Shown here: positions 10,211-20,801 of the stretch, one piece after another
Numbering within the stretch: position 1 is the stretch's first letter
How the letters are laid out: each line of letters starts with the position of its first letter
NCBI RefSeq assembly: GCF_043720215.1
Contig: NZ_JAYSSZ010000060.1
Location: 1-43,861, forward strand
Source: Flavobacterium sp.
Lineage (GTDB): Bacteria > Bacteroidota > Bacteroidia > Flavobacteriales > Flavobacteriaceae
Direction: 5' to 3'
Length of the DNA: 43,861 nt
Made by a program: the position numbers and the translations under genes
Notes under the pieces: model-generated
The model's database searches: none
Seen by the model: only the letters and a program-made list of their open reading frames with translations
What the model was told of the DNA's origin: nothing

Positions 10211-10243
10211 AAACTTAATTGAGTGATGAACTATCTAAAACCC

Positions 10244-10723
10244 TTAAAAAAGAATTCTTATTTTTTTTACTATGTTTGTTGCTTCATCTATTTCTGCAAA
10301 TAAATTAGCCTTAGAATTTTTTACTATAAAACGGGGATTCTTCAAATAGTCAAATTCGCTTCTTTCAAATTTAAGCGACATTTGCGCTACTGTTATTCCG
10401 ACTGACAACGTATTTAGTTTCCATTTTTTGTTGGAAATTGTAACTTCCATAATTCTATCATTTTGCATTTCTATTGTCAAACCATCGTATGTAAAAATAT
10501 AAACTGGCTCTTCGTTAGGCTCAAGAACTTCTTTATTTAATGATTTTGCACCACCTAATATGGCTTCAATTTTTTGAACAGAATTCATTTCACAAACATT
10601 GATGCTTTTATTGGTCTTGGCATTAGTCACTAACAATGATCCAGTCGCTTGTTGTTGAGTAAAACCTAACAAAAGCCAACTCAATACAATTGCGAATAAT
10701 ATACTAAGTATTTTTGTTTTCAT
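10244..10723 (-). CDS. Hypothetical exported protein
   Basis: 159 aa; N-terminal signal peptide, no recognised motif; -7 box TATTTTTG at 10757-10764 (minus). Confidence 0.75.
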   Translation of the reverse strand: MKTKILSILFAIVLSWLLLGFTQQQATGSLLVTNAKTNKSINVCEMNSVQKIEAILGGAKSLNKEVLEPNEEPVYIFTYDGLTIEMQNDRIMEVTISNKKWKLNTLSVGITVAQMSLKFERSEFDYLKNPRFIVKNSKANLFAEIDEATNIVKKIRILF

Positions 10724-10759
10724 TTATTGATAATTTTAGTTTGAAAATCTTCACTCCAA

Positions 10760-10794
10760 AAATAAAAAAAGCCAAACAATAATGCTTGGCTTTT
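10760..10794. repeat. 35-bp direct repeat, copy 1 (terminator-like hairpin)
   Basis: AAATAAAAAAAGCCAAACAATAATGCTTGGCTTTT, identical to 12241-12275. Confidence 0.95.
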
Positions 10795-10830
10795 TAGTTT
10801 TATTTTAAATTTATTGTTTTTTTAGTATTT

Positions 10831-10862
10831 ATTATTGTTTATCGATAATTTTTATATATTTG
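10831..10862 (+). promoter_or_regulatory. Promoter (-7 box) with a putative XRE operator for the DUF2975-HTH operon
   Basis: TATATTTG at 10855-10862; imperfect palindrome ATTATTG-tttat-CGATAAT at 10831-10849. Confidence 0.55.
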
Positions 10863-10883
10863 CTGAAACTAAAAAACCAAATT

Positions 10884-11387
10884 ATGAAAAAATTAAACCT
10901 GTTAAAAACCATTGTAGATTACTTTTGGGTTATTTCCTTAATAGCAACACCACTATTTCTGTTTTTTGTCTTTTACCTTTTATTCACTGGTGAAACACTT
11001 GATATTCCTATCAAAATAAATGGTCTGGAGGTTAAAACTGTTGATTTAGCATCGAAAATCATTCTAATTTTCGGAGTCTTTTCTTATTTATTGTTTTTAT
11101 ACGGAATATATTATTTCAAAAAGTTATTGTATTTATTTCAACTTAGAAAAATATTTGTAGATGAAGTGGTCGATTATTTTAATAAAATTGGTTATGTGTT
11201 TCTACTATCAGCTATTTTAGCCGGTATTCCTCTATTTATTTATAAAATTTTAAAAAATGAAGTAAATTTAGAATTAGGAGGAAGTCCGTTTTTGTATCTC
11301 ATATCATTGGGTTTATTTTTTCTGGTCTTGAGCGAAGTTTTTAAAATTGCCAAAAACATGAAAGAAGAAAATGACTTAACCGTATAA
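10884..11387 (+). CDS. DUF2975 family membrane protein (YoaS-like)
   Basis: Four hydrophobic segments, C-terminal SEVF..A..MKEENDLTV, paired with an XRE HTH gene. ATG 10884 preferred because TTG 10860 lies inside the promoter box. Confidence 0.9.
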   Translation: MKKLNLLKTIVDYFWVISLIATPLFLFFVFYLLFTGETLDIPIKINGLEVKTVDLASKIILIFGVFSYLLFLYGIYYFKKLLYLFQLRKIFVDEVVDYFNKIGYVFLLSAILAGIPLFIYKILKNEVNLELGGSPFLYLISLGLFFLVLSEVFKIAKNMKEENDLTV

Positions 11388-11389
11388 TC

Positions 11390-11596
11390 ATGGCTATTAT
11401 CGTAAATCTTGATGTTATGTTAGCCAAAAGAAAAATGCGTTCGAATGAATTGGCAGATAGAATTGGCATAACAACAGCTAATTTATCTATATTAAAAACC
11501 GGAAAAGCAAAAGCCATCCGATTTTCTACATTAGAATTAATTTGTGATATATTAGAATGTCAACCTGGTGATATTATGGAATTTATTAAAGAGTAA
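11390..11596 (+). CDS. XRE/Cro-C1 HTH regulator (YozG-like)
   Basis: 68 aa; IIVNLDVMLAKRKM...GIT.ANLSILKTGKAKAIRFSTL..IC..LECQPGD. Confidence 0.95.
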   Translation: MAIIVNLDVMLAKRKMRSNELADRIGITTANLSILKTGKAKAIRFSTLELICDILECQPGDIMEFIKE

Positions 11597-11607
11597 ATTA
11601 AAAAACA

Positions 11608-11718
11608 ATGAAAAAAACAATCAGATTTTTATTAGGAATTATAACAGGAATAATAACAACAACATTAATAACTTTCTCGTTGGGAGTTATTTTCGGTTAC
11701 ATAAATATACGAAATTAA
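11608..11718 (+). CDS. Unannotated 36-aa single-pass membrane peptide
   Basis: ATG..TAA gives MKKTIRFLLGIITGIITTTLITFSLGVIFGYINIRN; fills the HTH-TlpA gap almost completely, A-rich upstream context, stop abuts ATG 11719. Confidence 0.55.
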   Translation: MKKTIRFLLGIITGIITTTLITFSLGVIFGYINIRN

Positions 11719-12225
11719 ATGTTAATCATGAAAAAAATAACTTTTAAAACTGGAGTTCTAACTGGCGTATTCATATCCTTAATTTTTTATTACTATGTGT
11801 CTACTAAATTATCTAAAACCACACCCTTAAAAGCAATAGATCTTGGACAAATAAAAACAGAAAATCTACAAAAGAAAGCTGTTCATTTAAAAACAGGAAA
11901 ACCCATTATTGTGAATTTTTGGGCGACAACTTGCGCACCTTGCGTAAAGGAATTTCCTGATTTTGAAAATATTAAAAAAAAATATGGAGATCGTATTGAA
12001 ATATTAATGGTTTCCGAAGAAGAAATTGAGAATTTATTGAAATTTAAAGCGAAAAATAATTATGATTTAAACATTATTCACAATTTAAAATCAAACCAAA
12101 GTTACGGTATTGAATCTCTACCAGCCACTTATTTTTATAATTCCAAAGGTGAATTAGTGAAAAAATTAATTGGAAACCTAAATGAAGAAGAGCTAAATAA
12201 TGAAATAAAACTATTATTTAGATAA
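11719..12225 (+). CDS. TlpA/ResA family thiol-disulfide oxidoreductase
   Basis: N-terminal anchor, VNFWATTCAPC (CxxC), ESLPATY cis-Pro loop; start may be ATG 11728. Confidence 0.9.
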   Translation: MLIMKKITFKTGVLTGVFISLIFYYYVSTKLSKTTPLKAIDLGQIKTENLQKKAVHLKTGKPIIVNFWATTCAPCVKEFPDFENIKKKYGDRIEILMVSEEEIENLLKFKAKNNYDLNIIHNLKSNQSYGIESLPATYFYNSKGELVKKLIGNLNEEELNNEIKLLFR

Positions 12226-12240
12226 CTAAAGCAAAGCTTT

Positions 12241-12275
12241 AAATAAAAAAAGCCAAACAATAATGCTTGGCTTTT
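12241..12275. terminator. Bidirectional terminator of atpC / tlpA (35-bp direct repeat, copy 2)
   Basis: AAAAGCCAA..TTGGCTTTT hairpin between convergent genes. Confidence 0.85.
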
Positions 12276-12298
12276 CTCTATTTATTTTGAAATTGTTT

Positions 12299-12580
12299 TT
12301 AGTCTGCTAAAACAATTACTTTATTGTCTTTCATCTCGAGAGTTCCTGACGAAATAGCAAGTGTATAATTTTGATCATTTACTTTAGTAAACAAATCCTT
12401 AGATTCTTTGCTAAACTTGAAACTTGGCGCTGTAATTCTTACAGTTCCTTTTTGAAGTAACGAAACTATTGGTGCGTGATTATTTAACATTTCGAAACTA
12501 CCATCAACTCCTGGTACAGAAATTGAAGTGATTTCTCCTTTAAATAATGATGCTTCTGGTGATACTATTTCTAAAATCAT
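12299..12580 (-). CDS. atpC: F0F1 ATP synthase subunit epsilon (short Bacteroidota form)
   Basis: 93 aa; LEIVSPE, PGVDGSF..L.NHAP, ISSG...VIVLAD; follows atpD. Confidence 0.95.
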   Translation of the reverse strand: MILEIVSPEASLFKGEITSISVPGVDGSFEMLNNHAPIVSLLQKGTVRITAPSFKFSKESKDLFTKVNDQNYTLAISSGTLEMKDNKVIVLAD

Positions 12581-12586
12581 TTCCTA

Positions 12587-12657
12587 TAATTGATAATTGA
12601 TAATGAATAATTGATAATTATTTGAATTCTCAATTGTTAATTATCCATTGTTAATTG
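12587..12657. repeat. Inverted arrays of heptamer repeats between atpD and atpC
   Basis: TAATTGA-type x5 (12587-12621) then the reverse-complement type TCAATTG/TTAATTA/TCCATTG/TTAATTG x4 (12630-12657). Confidence 0.75.
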
Positions 12658-12659
12658 AA

Positions 12660-14174
<1,515 letters not shown>

Positions 14175-14232
14175 TTATGTATTTATTAAATAGCTATTTA
14201 GGTTTTGTGAAAACATTACTATTTTCAGAGTG

Positions 14233-14240
14233 CAAAGATA
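14233..14240 (-). promoter_or_regulatory. -7 box for atpDC
   Basis: Minus strand TATCTTTG. Confidence 0.7.
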
Positions 14241-14324
14241 ATTTTTTAAAATATAAAATCAATAATTTTTTTATGTTTTTTAAAGACTTTTTCAAATCTA
14301 AATTTGAAATATTTTATTTAAAGC

Positions 14325-14356
14325 AAAAAGCCACCAACTTTCGTTGATGGCTTTTT
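14325..14356 (-). terminator. Intrinsic terminator of the TBDR-SGNH operon
   Basis: Minus strand AAAAAGCCATCAAC-GAAA-GTTGGTGGCTTTTT (GNRA loop, U tract). Confidence 0.9.
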
Positions 14357-14373
14357 CATATAAAAACTATATA

Positions 14374-15810
14374 TTAGTTTATAATTGCTGGATATTGTAT
14401 TTGATAATTCCCTAAATCTACAGGTCTAAGTGTAGAACCGTATTTAGCATTAATCGCTTCTGCGAATTTATTAGCAATAAGCGCATAACCTCTAGCTCCT
14501 GGATGAACACCATCTAAAGAGAAAGCTCCACCGGTAACATAAGTTGCAGACATGTGATAATTACCAAAACGAATTCCTCCGTTTACTAATTGATCCATTA
14601 TTTTTTTAGCATTAACAAAAGCTAATCCGTTTGTATTAGCCGCAGCTTCTATAGTTGTATTGTAATGATCTGTAGCTATTTTAATTTCAGCTGCTTCATT
14701 TTTACACAATACCCATCTATCAGCTAAAGGAACGCTAACTCCATTAATTGCAGCAGGATTTCCTCCTACTAAGGTTCCAATAAAGGAACTTGCTGGTAAT
14801 ACTAATAAATCTTCTTTTGTTGCTGGCCTGTATGAAGGAATACCAAACCCAGTAAGGTTCATCAAATAATTATCTACAATAATAACAGGGTTTAAACCAA
14901 CAACAAAAACAACTTTTCTTCTATCCGCTTCCGCTTGTGTCAATCCCAAACCAGCCACAGCAGATGTTAAACCTGCATTATATGCAGCATATCCTGAATT
15001 TAGTTGAGCAACTTGAGTAGCGTTAAGAGTTACTGGATTATATGGAACTCTAGAAAAATAAGGCAAAGTACTTACATATGGTAGATTTGCAACCACTCCT
15101 TTTTTTCCTCCAGCAGCTAATTGACTAGCTAAAGCATTGTATGAAGCATCAAAAGTTGCATTTGGAGTGATGTTATTTCCTGTTGAAGGTGATTCTGTAG
15201 TAGTTACTCCACCTCCTGTAGCATATCCTAAAACATCATTTCCTCCTATCCATAAAGAAAAGAAAGTTGGCGTTTGTGCTATTGCATCGTCTATAACTTT
15301 TGCCATTGGATTACTTGCAAATCTTGCAAAATATGGGTTACCAGCTACACTACCATATCCTGCAGTTATCAAATGAAAACTTTTTGCGCCTGGAATACCC
15401 ATGTTATTGAAAGACCCTGACAAAATTGCCGTTTGGCTTGTTGTAGCAGCTTGACTATAAGGAGGTAAGGCTAGTGACGCCGGTCCTGATCCATTAAAAA
15501 CCAATCTTGGGGTATATATTGGTGATCCAGCAAAACCACCAATATTATCAGACATTAATGGATTAGTAAAAGCACCTCCACCCGCTTGAGCAAATTGTCC
15601 AGCTAAAATATTAGGATATGAATTTTGTTGTCCTTTTATAAAAAGCGCACTATCGCTAAAACCAGCAGCAAAAGAATCTCCTAGTGCTACATATTTAGAA
15701 AAATTGGCTGAACCAGCAGTCACAGGAACTTCTGCAACTACTTCATCATCATTATTACACGCTACAAAGCTTAAAGAAACTAATAGTAGCCATTTTATAT
15801 TTTTTTTCAT
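14374..15810 (-). CDS. SGNH/GDSL family lipolytic lipoprotein
   Basis: 478 aa; lipobox FVAC followed by acidic NNDDE; blocks GDS, GIPG, GGND, DGVHP all intact. Confidence 0.9.
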   Translation of the reverse strand: MKKNIKWLLLVSLSFVACNNDDEVVAEVPVTAGSANFSKYVALGDSFAAGFSDSALFIKGQQNSYPNILAGQFAQAGGGAFTNPLMSDNIGGFAGSPIYTPRLVFNGSGPASLALPPYSQAATTSQTAILSGSFNNMGIPGAKSFHLITAGYGSVAGNPYFARFASNPMAKVIDDAIAQTPTFFSLWIGGNDVLGYATGGGVTTTESPSTGNNITPNATFDASYNALASQLAAGGKKGVVANLPYVSTLPYFSRVPYNPVTLNATQVAQLNSGYAAYNAGLTSAVAGLGLTQAEADRRKVVFVVGLNPVIIVDNYLMNLTGFGIPSYRPATKEDLLVLPASSFIGTLVGGNPAAINGVSVPLADRWVLCKNEAAEIKIATDHYNTTIEAAANTNGLAFVNAKKIMDQLVNGGIRFGNYHMSATYVTGGAFSLDGVHPGARGYALIANKFAEAINAKYGSTLRPVDLGNYQIQYPAIIN

Positions 15811-15844
15811 AATTCTTTATTTATAAAGTTTATTATCTTTTTTA

Positions 15845-18661
15845 TTATGGATTAATAGTCCAAGATGCATAGTATTGTTGCCCGATTGCTCCAGCTCCTA
15901 ATACTTGTATGTAATCTTTACCACCTAAATTAGCTCCACCAACTTTGATAACTGATTTTAAGAATGGTATTGCATAGTTAATTTGCGCATCAAAAACAAC
16001 GTTTTCTGGTACCATACCATCTATAAATGATGATTGCCATAAGTATTCGCTATTCCACCTTACGTTAGTATTGAAACCAAAATTTTTGAATAATTTATCG
16101 TTACCAAAACTTCCTTTTGCTCTGTGTTTAGGCGTATTAAATCCTGCTTCGAAACTTGGATCTGATGATTGGTCGAACTCAAATTGAGAGTAGTTATAAC
16201 TACCTCCAATTTCGAAGTTTTTGTACACTTTTCTAGACAAACCAACACCAACTCCTAAAGATTTTACTTCTGCCTTAGAGTTCGTATACACTTGGAATGT
16301 TCTTCTATCTCCATTAGCTAAAGCTGCAACAGATAGTGGTGTCCCAACAGCACCATATAAAGGCGCAATCGTGTTTGTTTGACTTAAGAAATCATTATAG
16401 ATATTATAATATCCATTAAGATCAACAGAAAAATTTCTAACTACTGTACGATATCCTAATTCAACTGCTTGAACTTTTTCAGGCTTAACCAAAGTAGGTG
16501 TTGCTACTACTAACTTTGATGCATCTGAAGTTGCTGCAAATTCTCTAAAAGACTCTACAGTATATGCATTATAGTAAGCATTTTCTCCTGTTAACACAAC
16601 TGTTGGTCCATTTCCAGGTATAAGCTGTCCAGCAGCACTCACGTTTCTAGTTTCAGTATATCTTGTTAAGTTTTCAGGCGCAGAACCAATTAATGCGAAT
16701 GGACCTAAGTCTAAACCAATATATTGATCTTGAGTAGTTGGGTTACGGAAACCTGTTTGGTAAGAAACTCTGAAATTATGTTGTTTGTTTGCACCCGCTC
16801 CATAAGTAGCAGAAACTCTTGGAGAGAAATTACCGTCGAAATTTTGAGATTTATCGTAACGAATAGATCCTGTTAATTTTAATCTATCATCCATCAATTT
16901 CTTTTGAAGCTGTGTATAAATACCATATTCATTATATTTAATAGGCCCATCATAATCTGTAAAGATAGATCCATTAGAGTTCATTTCATATTGTCTTCCT
17001 GAACCTCCCACTTGAATTTCAGCAAATTTTACTAAATCTTTAAAATTATAGTTTACATCTGCATGATACAATTTAGAATTATCTTCAAATTTAGCACCTT
17101 TTGTAAAATCGGCATCAGCAATTATTGATGTTAATGCTTGATTAAACTGATAAGATCCTGGCGCAAATCTTGGCTGACCTGTAGTGGGAAACAAAACAAA
17201 CGCTGGCAATGTATTGAAACCAGCTGTTGTAGGCAAAACATTATTATCAGCATAATTTCTACCAATGGCAGCAGCTTGACCAGCTGTTGAACCTAAAAAC
17301 GCTTGAGACAACTGGAATGCCGTCGCATAGTTTCTAAACCATTCCGCATCAGATTTTGCTGCTCTATTTACGTTCCATGCAGCAAAACGTGTATCGTAAG
17401 AATCTCCAGCATCTTCAGCTGTTCTATAAACTCTAGCGAAGAAATTTTTACCTTTTACTTCTAATTTGGTTTGATCCATATAAAAGTTTTTCAAAGCATA
17501 TCTATTAGCTCCTTGGTAGATTGTGTTACCAAAACCTAATTTGTGTTGCAAGATAATTTCGAAATCATTAGCCCAAGGTTTAAAATGCAAAGAGAAATCT
17601 GCTTTTACGCTTTCAATCTTATTATCTGTTAAATCTTGCTCTCTGTAACCTGTTCTACTTATTTGTCCAACATTTGGAATAAAAGTTGTAACCTCATCAC
17701 CATATAGATTTACTCCATCATAGTTCTGATTGTTAGCATGCCCAATAGTTCCAGCTGTATTGTCAACACCTCCTAGAACAACATTTCTGTCATCTGAAGC
17801 TATCCATTCCTTTGCAGACAAATAAGAGAAATTCCCTTTTGCAGCAAAATGATCTGTAAATTTCTTAGCAGCTCTAAATCCGAAATCGTAGAAAGGGTTG
17901 TTTCCAGCAGTTGCTTGAGATGTTTGTCCGTATTTCATATATGTTGAAATCCCTTCTTTAACAAAAGGACTTCTGCTATTCATAAACATAATACCGTTGA
18001 ATGCATTTGCACCATACAAAGCAGAAGATGCCCCTGGAAGAACTTCCACATTAGCAACGTCTATATCAGAAACTCCTAATAAGTTACCCAATGCAAAATT
18101 AAGTGCTGGTGAAGAGTTATCCATACCATCAACTAACTGCATAAAACGAGTGTTTGCAATAGTTGCAAAACCACGAGTGTTTACAGACTTGAAAGAAAAA
18201 CTACTAGTATTAAAATGAACGTCTTTTAAGTTCTCTAATCCTTCATAAAAAGAAGGAGCCGTTGTATTTTTAATATCTTTAAGTCCCATTCTTTCGATGG
18301 TAACTGGCGACTCTAGAATTCTCTCTGGAGCTCTAGAAGCTGACACTACAATCTCGTTAAGAGCTGTTGTTGATGTTTCTTCAGATAATGTAATTACAAC
18401 AACTTGTTCTTTTGATGAAATTACAACACTTTGATTAGCGTATCCCATCATTGACACATCAACAGTAATTGGGAATTCTTGATTTTTAAGCATAAACTTT
18501 CCGTCGAAACCTGTAGAGGTTGCCGCTGAAGTTCCTGCTACTTTAACATTCGCCCCTGCAATAGGTTGATTGTTAGTGTCAGTAACTGTTCCTGAAATTG
18601 TATTTTGCGCAAACGAAAGTCCGCAAAAAAACAATGACAAAATAATAAAGTAGATTCTCAT
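15845..18661 (-). CDS. TonB-dependent receptor with N-terminal carboxypeptidase-regulatory-like domain
   Basis: 938 aa; signal peptide, ISGTVTD....IAGANV, LNEIVVSASR TonB-box region, plug motif EVLPGASSALYGANAFNG, barrel with PEKV..ELGY. Confidence 0.93.
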   Translation of the reverse strand: MRIYFIILSLFFCGLSFAQNTISGTVTDTNNQPIAGANVKVAGTSAATSTGFDGKFMLKNQEFPITVDVSMMGYANQSVVISSKEQVVVITLSEETSTTALNEIVVSASRAPERILESPVTIERMGLKDIKNTTAPSFYEGLENLKDVHFNTSSFSFKSVNTRGFATIANTRFMQLVDGMDNSSPALNFALGNLLGVSDIDVANVEVLPGASSALYGANAFNGIMFMNSRSPFVKEGISTYMKYGQTSQATAGNNPFYDFGFRAAKKFTDHFAAKGNFSYLSAKEWIASDDRNVVLGGVDNTAGTIGHANNQNYDGVNLYGDEVTTFIPNVGQISRTGYREQDLTDNKIESVKADFSLHFKPWANDFEIILQHKLGFGNTIYQGANRYALKNFYMDQTKLEVKGKNFFARVYRTAEDAGDSYDTRFAAWNVNRAAKSDAEWFRNYATAFQLSQAFLGSTAGQAAAIGRNYADNNVLPTTAGFNTLPAFVLFPTTGQPRFAPGSYQFNQALTSIIADADFTKGAKFEDNSKLYHADVNYNFKDLVKFAEIQVGGSGRQYEMNSNGSIFTDYDGPIKYNEYGIYTQLQKKLMDDRLKLTGSIRYDKSQNFDGNFSPRVSATYGAGANKQHNFRVSYQTGFRNPTTQDQYIGLDLGPFALIGSAPENLTRYTETRNVSAAGQLIPGNGPTVVLTGENAYYNAYTVESFREFAATSDASKLVVATPTLVKPEKVQAVELGYRTVVRNFSVDLNGYYNIYNDFLSQTNTIAPLYGAVGTPLSVAALANGDRRTFQVYTNSKAEVKSLGVGVGLSRKVYKNFEIGGSYNYSQFEFDQSSDPSFEAGFNTPKHRAKGSFGNDKLFKNFGFNTNVRWNSEYLWQSSFIDGMVPENVVFDAQINYAIPFLKSVIKVGGANLGGKDYIQVLGAGAIGQQYYASWTINP

Positions 18662-18829
18662 TCGTTTTTAATTTTATTGGTTTAGGTAGCCAAATTACGA
18701 ATATTTTTGACATTACTAAAAAAGTAAGCAGGAAATTTTATCCTTTTTTACTTGTTTTAAATAATTCAAAACTAGGTGACGATAAATAATATTGAAGATT
18801 TAATAAAAATTTAACAATTAAACAATTAA

Positions 18830-18855
18830 TAAATACTATGCGTACATAGTATTTA
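18830..18855. promoter_or_regulatory. Palindromic operator-like site upstream of the TBDR
   Basis: TAAATACTATG-cgta-CATAGTATTTA, 11-bp perfect arms; separate from the glmS terminator. Confidence 0.6.
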
Positions 18856-18892
18856 CTAAATTTATTAGAATATCAAGAAAAATTAATTTCGT

Positions 18893-18919
18893 AAAAAAAG
18901 CGAGAAAAATCTCGCTTTT
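18893..18919 (-). terminator. Intrinsic terminator of glmS
   Basis: AAAAGCGAGA-aaaa-TCTCGCTTTT with a 7-A run giving a U tract on the minus strand. Confidence 0.85.
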
Positions 18920-18943
18920 AATAAAAATATGTTTCTTTTTTAA

Positions 18944-20791
18944 CTATTCTACAGTAACAGACTTTGCTAAATTTCTTGGTTGATCTACATTACACTCTCT
19001 CATTACCGCAATATGGTATGATAATAATTGTAATGGAATTGTGGTTAGCAATGGCGACATAGCATCGGCAGCATCTGGGATTTCTATTACATAATCCGCT
19101 AGATCACGAACTTGTGTGTCTCCTTTTGTCACAATAGCTATAATTTTTCCACTTCTCGCTTTAATTTCCTGAATATTACTTACCACTTTATCATAATGTC
19201 CTTGTTTAGGAGCAATTACAACAACTGGCATGTGTTCGTCTATTAAGGCAATTGGACCATGCTTCATTTCGGCAGCTGGATAACCTTCTGCATGAATGTA
19301 TGATATTTCTTTTAGTTTTAAAGCGCCTTCTAAAGCAACCGGGAAATTATAACCTCTTCCTAAATATAGGAAGTTTGTTGCGTCTTTAAAAACAGCAGCA
19401 ATCTCTTTTGCTTTGTCGTTCGTTGCAAGTGCTTCTGCAACTTTTTCTGGAATAATTTCTAATTCTTGTAAATATCTATGAAAATCCGAATTAGACAAAG
19501 TTCCTTTTGCTTTAGCTAAACGCAAAGCTATCATTGTTAACACAGTGATTTGTGTAGTAAAGGCTTTTGTTGAAGCCACTCCAATTTCAGGACCAGCATG
19601 AGTATATGCTCCTGCATGAGTCTCTCTAGAAATGGAAGATCCCACAACATTACAAACTCCAAAAACAAAAGCTCCATTTTCTTTGGCTAATTTTATAGCA
19701 GCCAATGTATCGGCAGTTTCCCCTGATTGAGAAATTGCAATAATAATATCATCTTTGTTTATAATTGGATTTCTATATCTAAATTCCGAAGCATATTCTA
19801 CTTCAACAGGAATACGAGCAAATTCTTCAAATATATATTCGGCTACTAAACCCGCATGCCATGAAGTTCCGCAAGCGACTATTAGAATACGCTTTGCATT
19901 AATAAATTTGTCGATATTATCTTCAATTCCTGCCATTTTTATGAGCCCTTCATTTGCGTGAAGACGACCACGATACGTATCTTTGATAACATTAGGTTGC
20001 TCGTAGATTTCTTTCATCATAAAATGATCGTAACCCCCTTTTTCAATTTGCTCTAAATTCATTTGAAGCTCTTGAACATAAGGATCTACTAACGAATCAT
20101 CTTTTATTTTACGAATTTTCAATGGTTTATGTAATCTTACAATTGCCATTTCTTCGTCTTCTAAATAAATTGCATTCGATGTATATTCTATAAACGGTGT
20201 TGCATCTGAGGCAATAAAAAACTCATCTTTACCAATCCCTATTGCTAAAGGGCTTCCTAAACGCGCTACGACAATTTCGTCAGGCTTTTGCTTATCGAAA
20301 ACACAAATAGCATAAGCTCCAACAACTTGATTTAATGCAACTTGCACGGCTTTCCCAAGCTTAAGATTGTCCTTCTTCTGAACATCTTCAATAAGATTTA
20401 CTAATACTTCTGTATCTGTATCTGATTTGAAAATATATCCTCTTTTTATTAATTCTTTTTTTAACGGCTCATAGTTCTCTATGATTCCGTTATGAATTAT
20501 AGCAAGATTTCCAGAATTTGATAAATGCGGATGCGAATTCACATCATTAGGTACACCGTGTGTAGCCCAACGCGTGTGCCCCATTCCAATTGTTCCATTA
20601 GTTGTAATTTCTTTTGATGATTTCTCTTCAAGATCAGAAACTTTTCCTTTCGTTTTAGAAAGTTTTAAATCTTTTCCGTCATAAAGCACAACTCCTGCGC
20701 TATCATAACCTCTATATTCTAAACGTTTTAGCCCTTTTATTATAATTGGGTAAGCTTCTCTATGACCTATATATCCAACAATTCCACACAT
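18944..20791 (-). CDS. glmS: Glutamine-fructose-6-phosphate transaminase (isomerizing)
   Basis: 615 aa; MCGIVG, LEYRGYDSAG, GHTRWATHG, SQSGETADT, PRNLAKSVTVE. Confidence 0.99.
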   Translation of the reverse strand: MCGIVGYIGHREAYPIIIKGLKRLEYRGYDSAGVVLYDGKDLKLSKTKGKVSDLEEKSSKEITTNGTIGMGHTRWATHGVPNDVNSHPHLSNSGNLAIIHNGIIENYEPLKKELIKRGYIFKSDTDTEVLVNLIEDVQKKDNLKLGKAVQVALNQVVGAYAICVFDKQKPDEIVVARLGSPLAIGIGKDEFFIASDATPFIEYTSNAIYLEDEEMAIVRLHKPLKIRKIKDDSLVDPYVQELQMNLEQIEKGGYDHFMMKEIYEQPNVIKDTYRGRLHANEGLIKMAGIEDNIDKFINAKRILIVACGTSWHAGLVAEYIFEEFARIPVEVEYASEFRYRNPIINKDDIIIAISQSGETADTLAAIKLAKENGAFVFGVCNVVGSSISRETHAGAYTHAGPEIGVASTKAFTTQITVLTMIALRLAKAKGTLSNSDFHRYLQELEIIPEKVAEALATNDKAKEIAAVFKDATNFLYLGRGYNFPVALEGALKLKEISYIHAEGYPAAEMKHGPIALIDEHMPVVVIAPKQGHYDKVVSNIQEIKARSGKIIAIVTKGDTQVRDLADYVIEIPDAADAMSPLLTTIPLQLLSYHIAVMRECNVDQPRNLAKSVTVE

Positions 20792-20801
20792 AGTCTATAA
20801 A

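Noticed and set aside
18662-18943. Possible cobalamin or TPP riboswitch upstream of the TonB-dependent receptor
   Set aside because: No B12-box or TPP consensus; only AT-rich DNA, one palindrome and the glmS terminator.
20792-20801. glmS ribozyme
   Set aside because: Only 10 nt separate glmS from the upstream gene.
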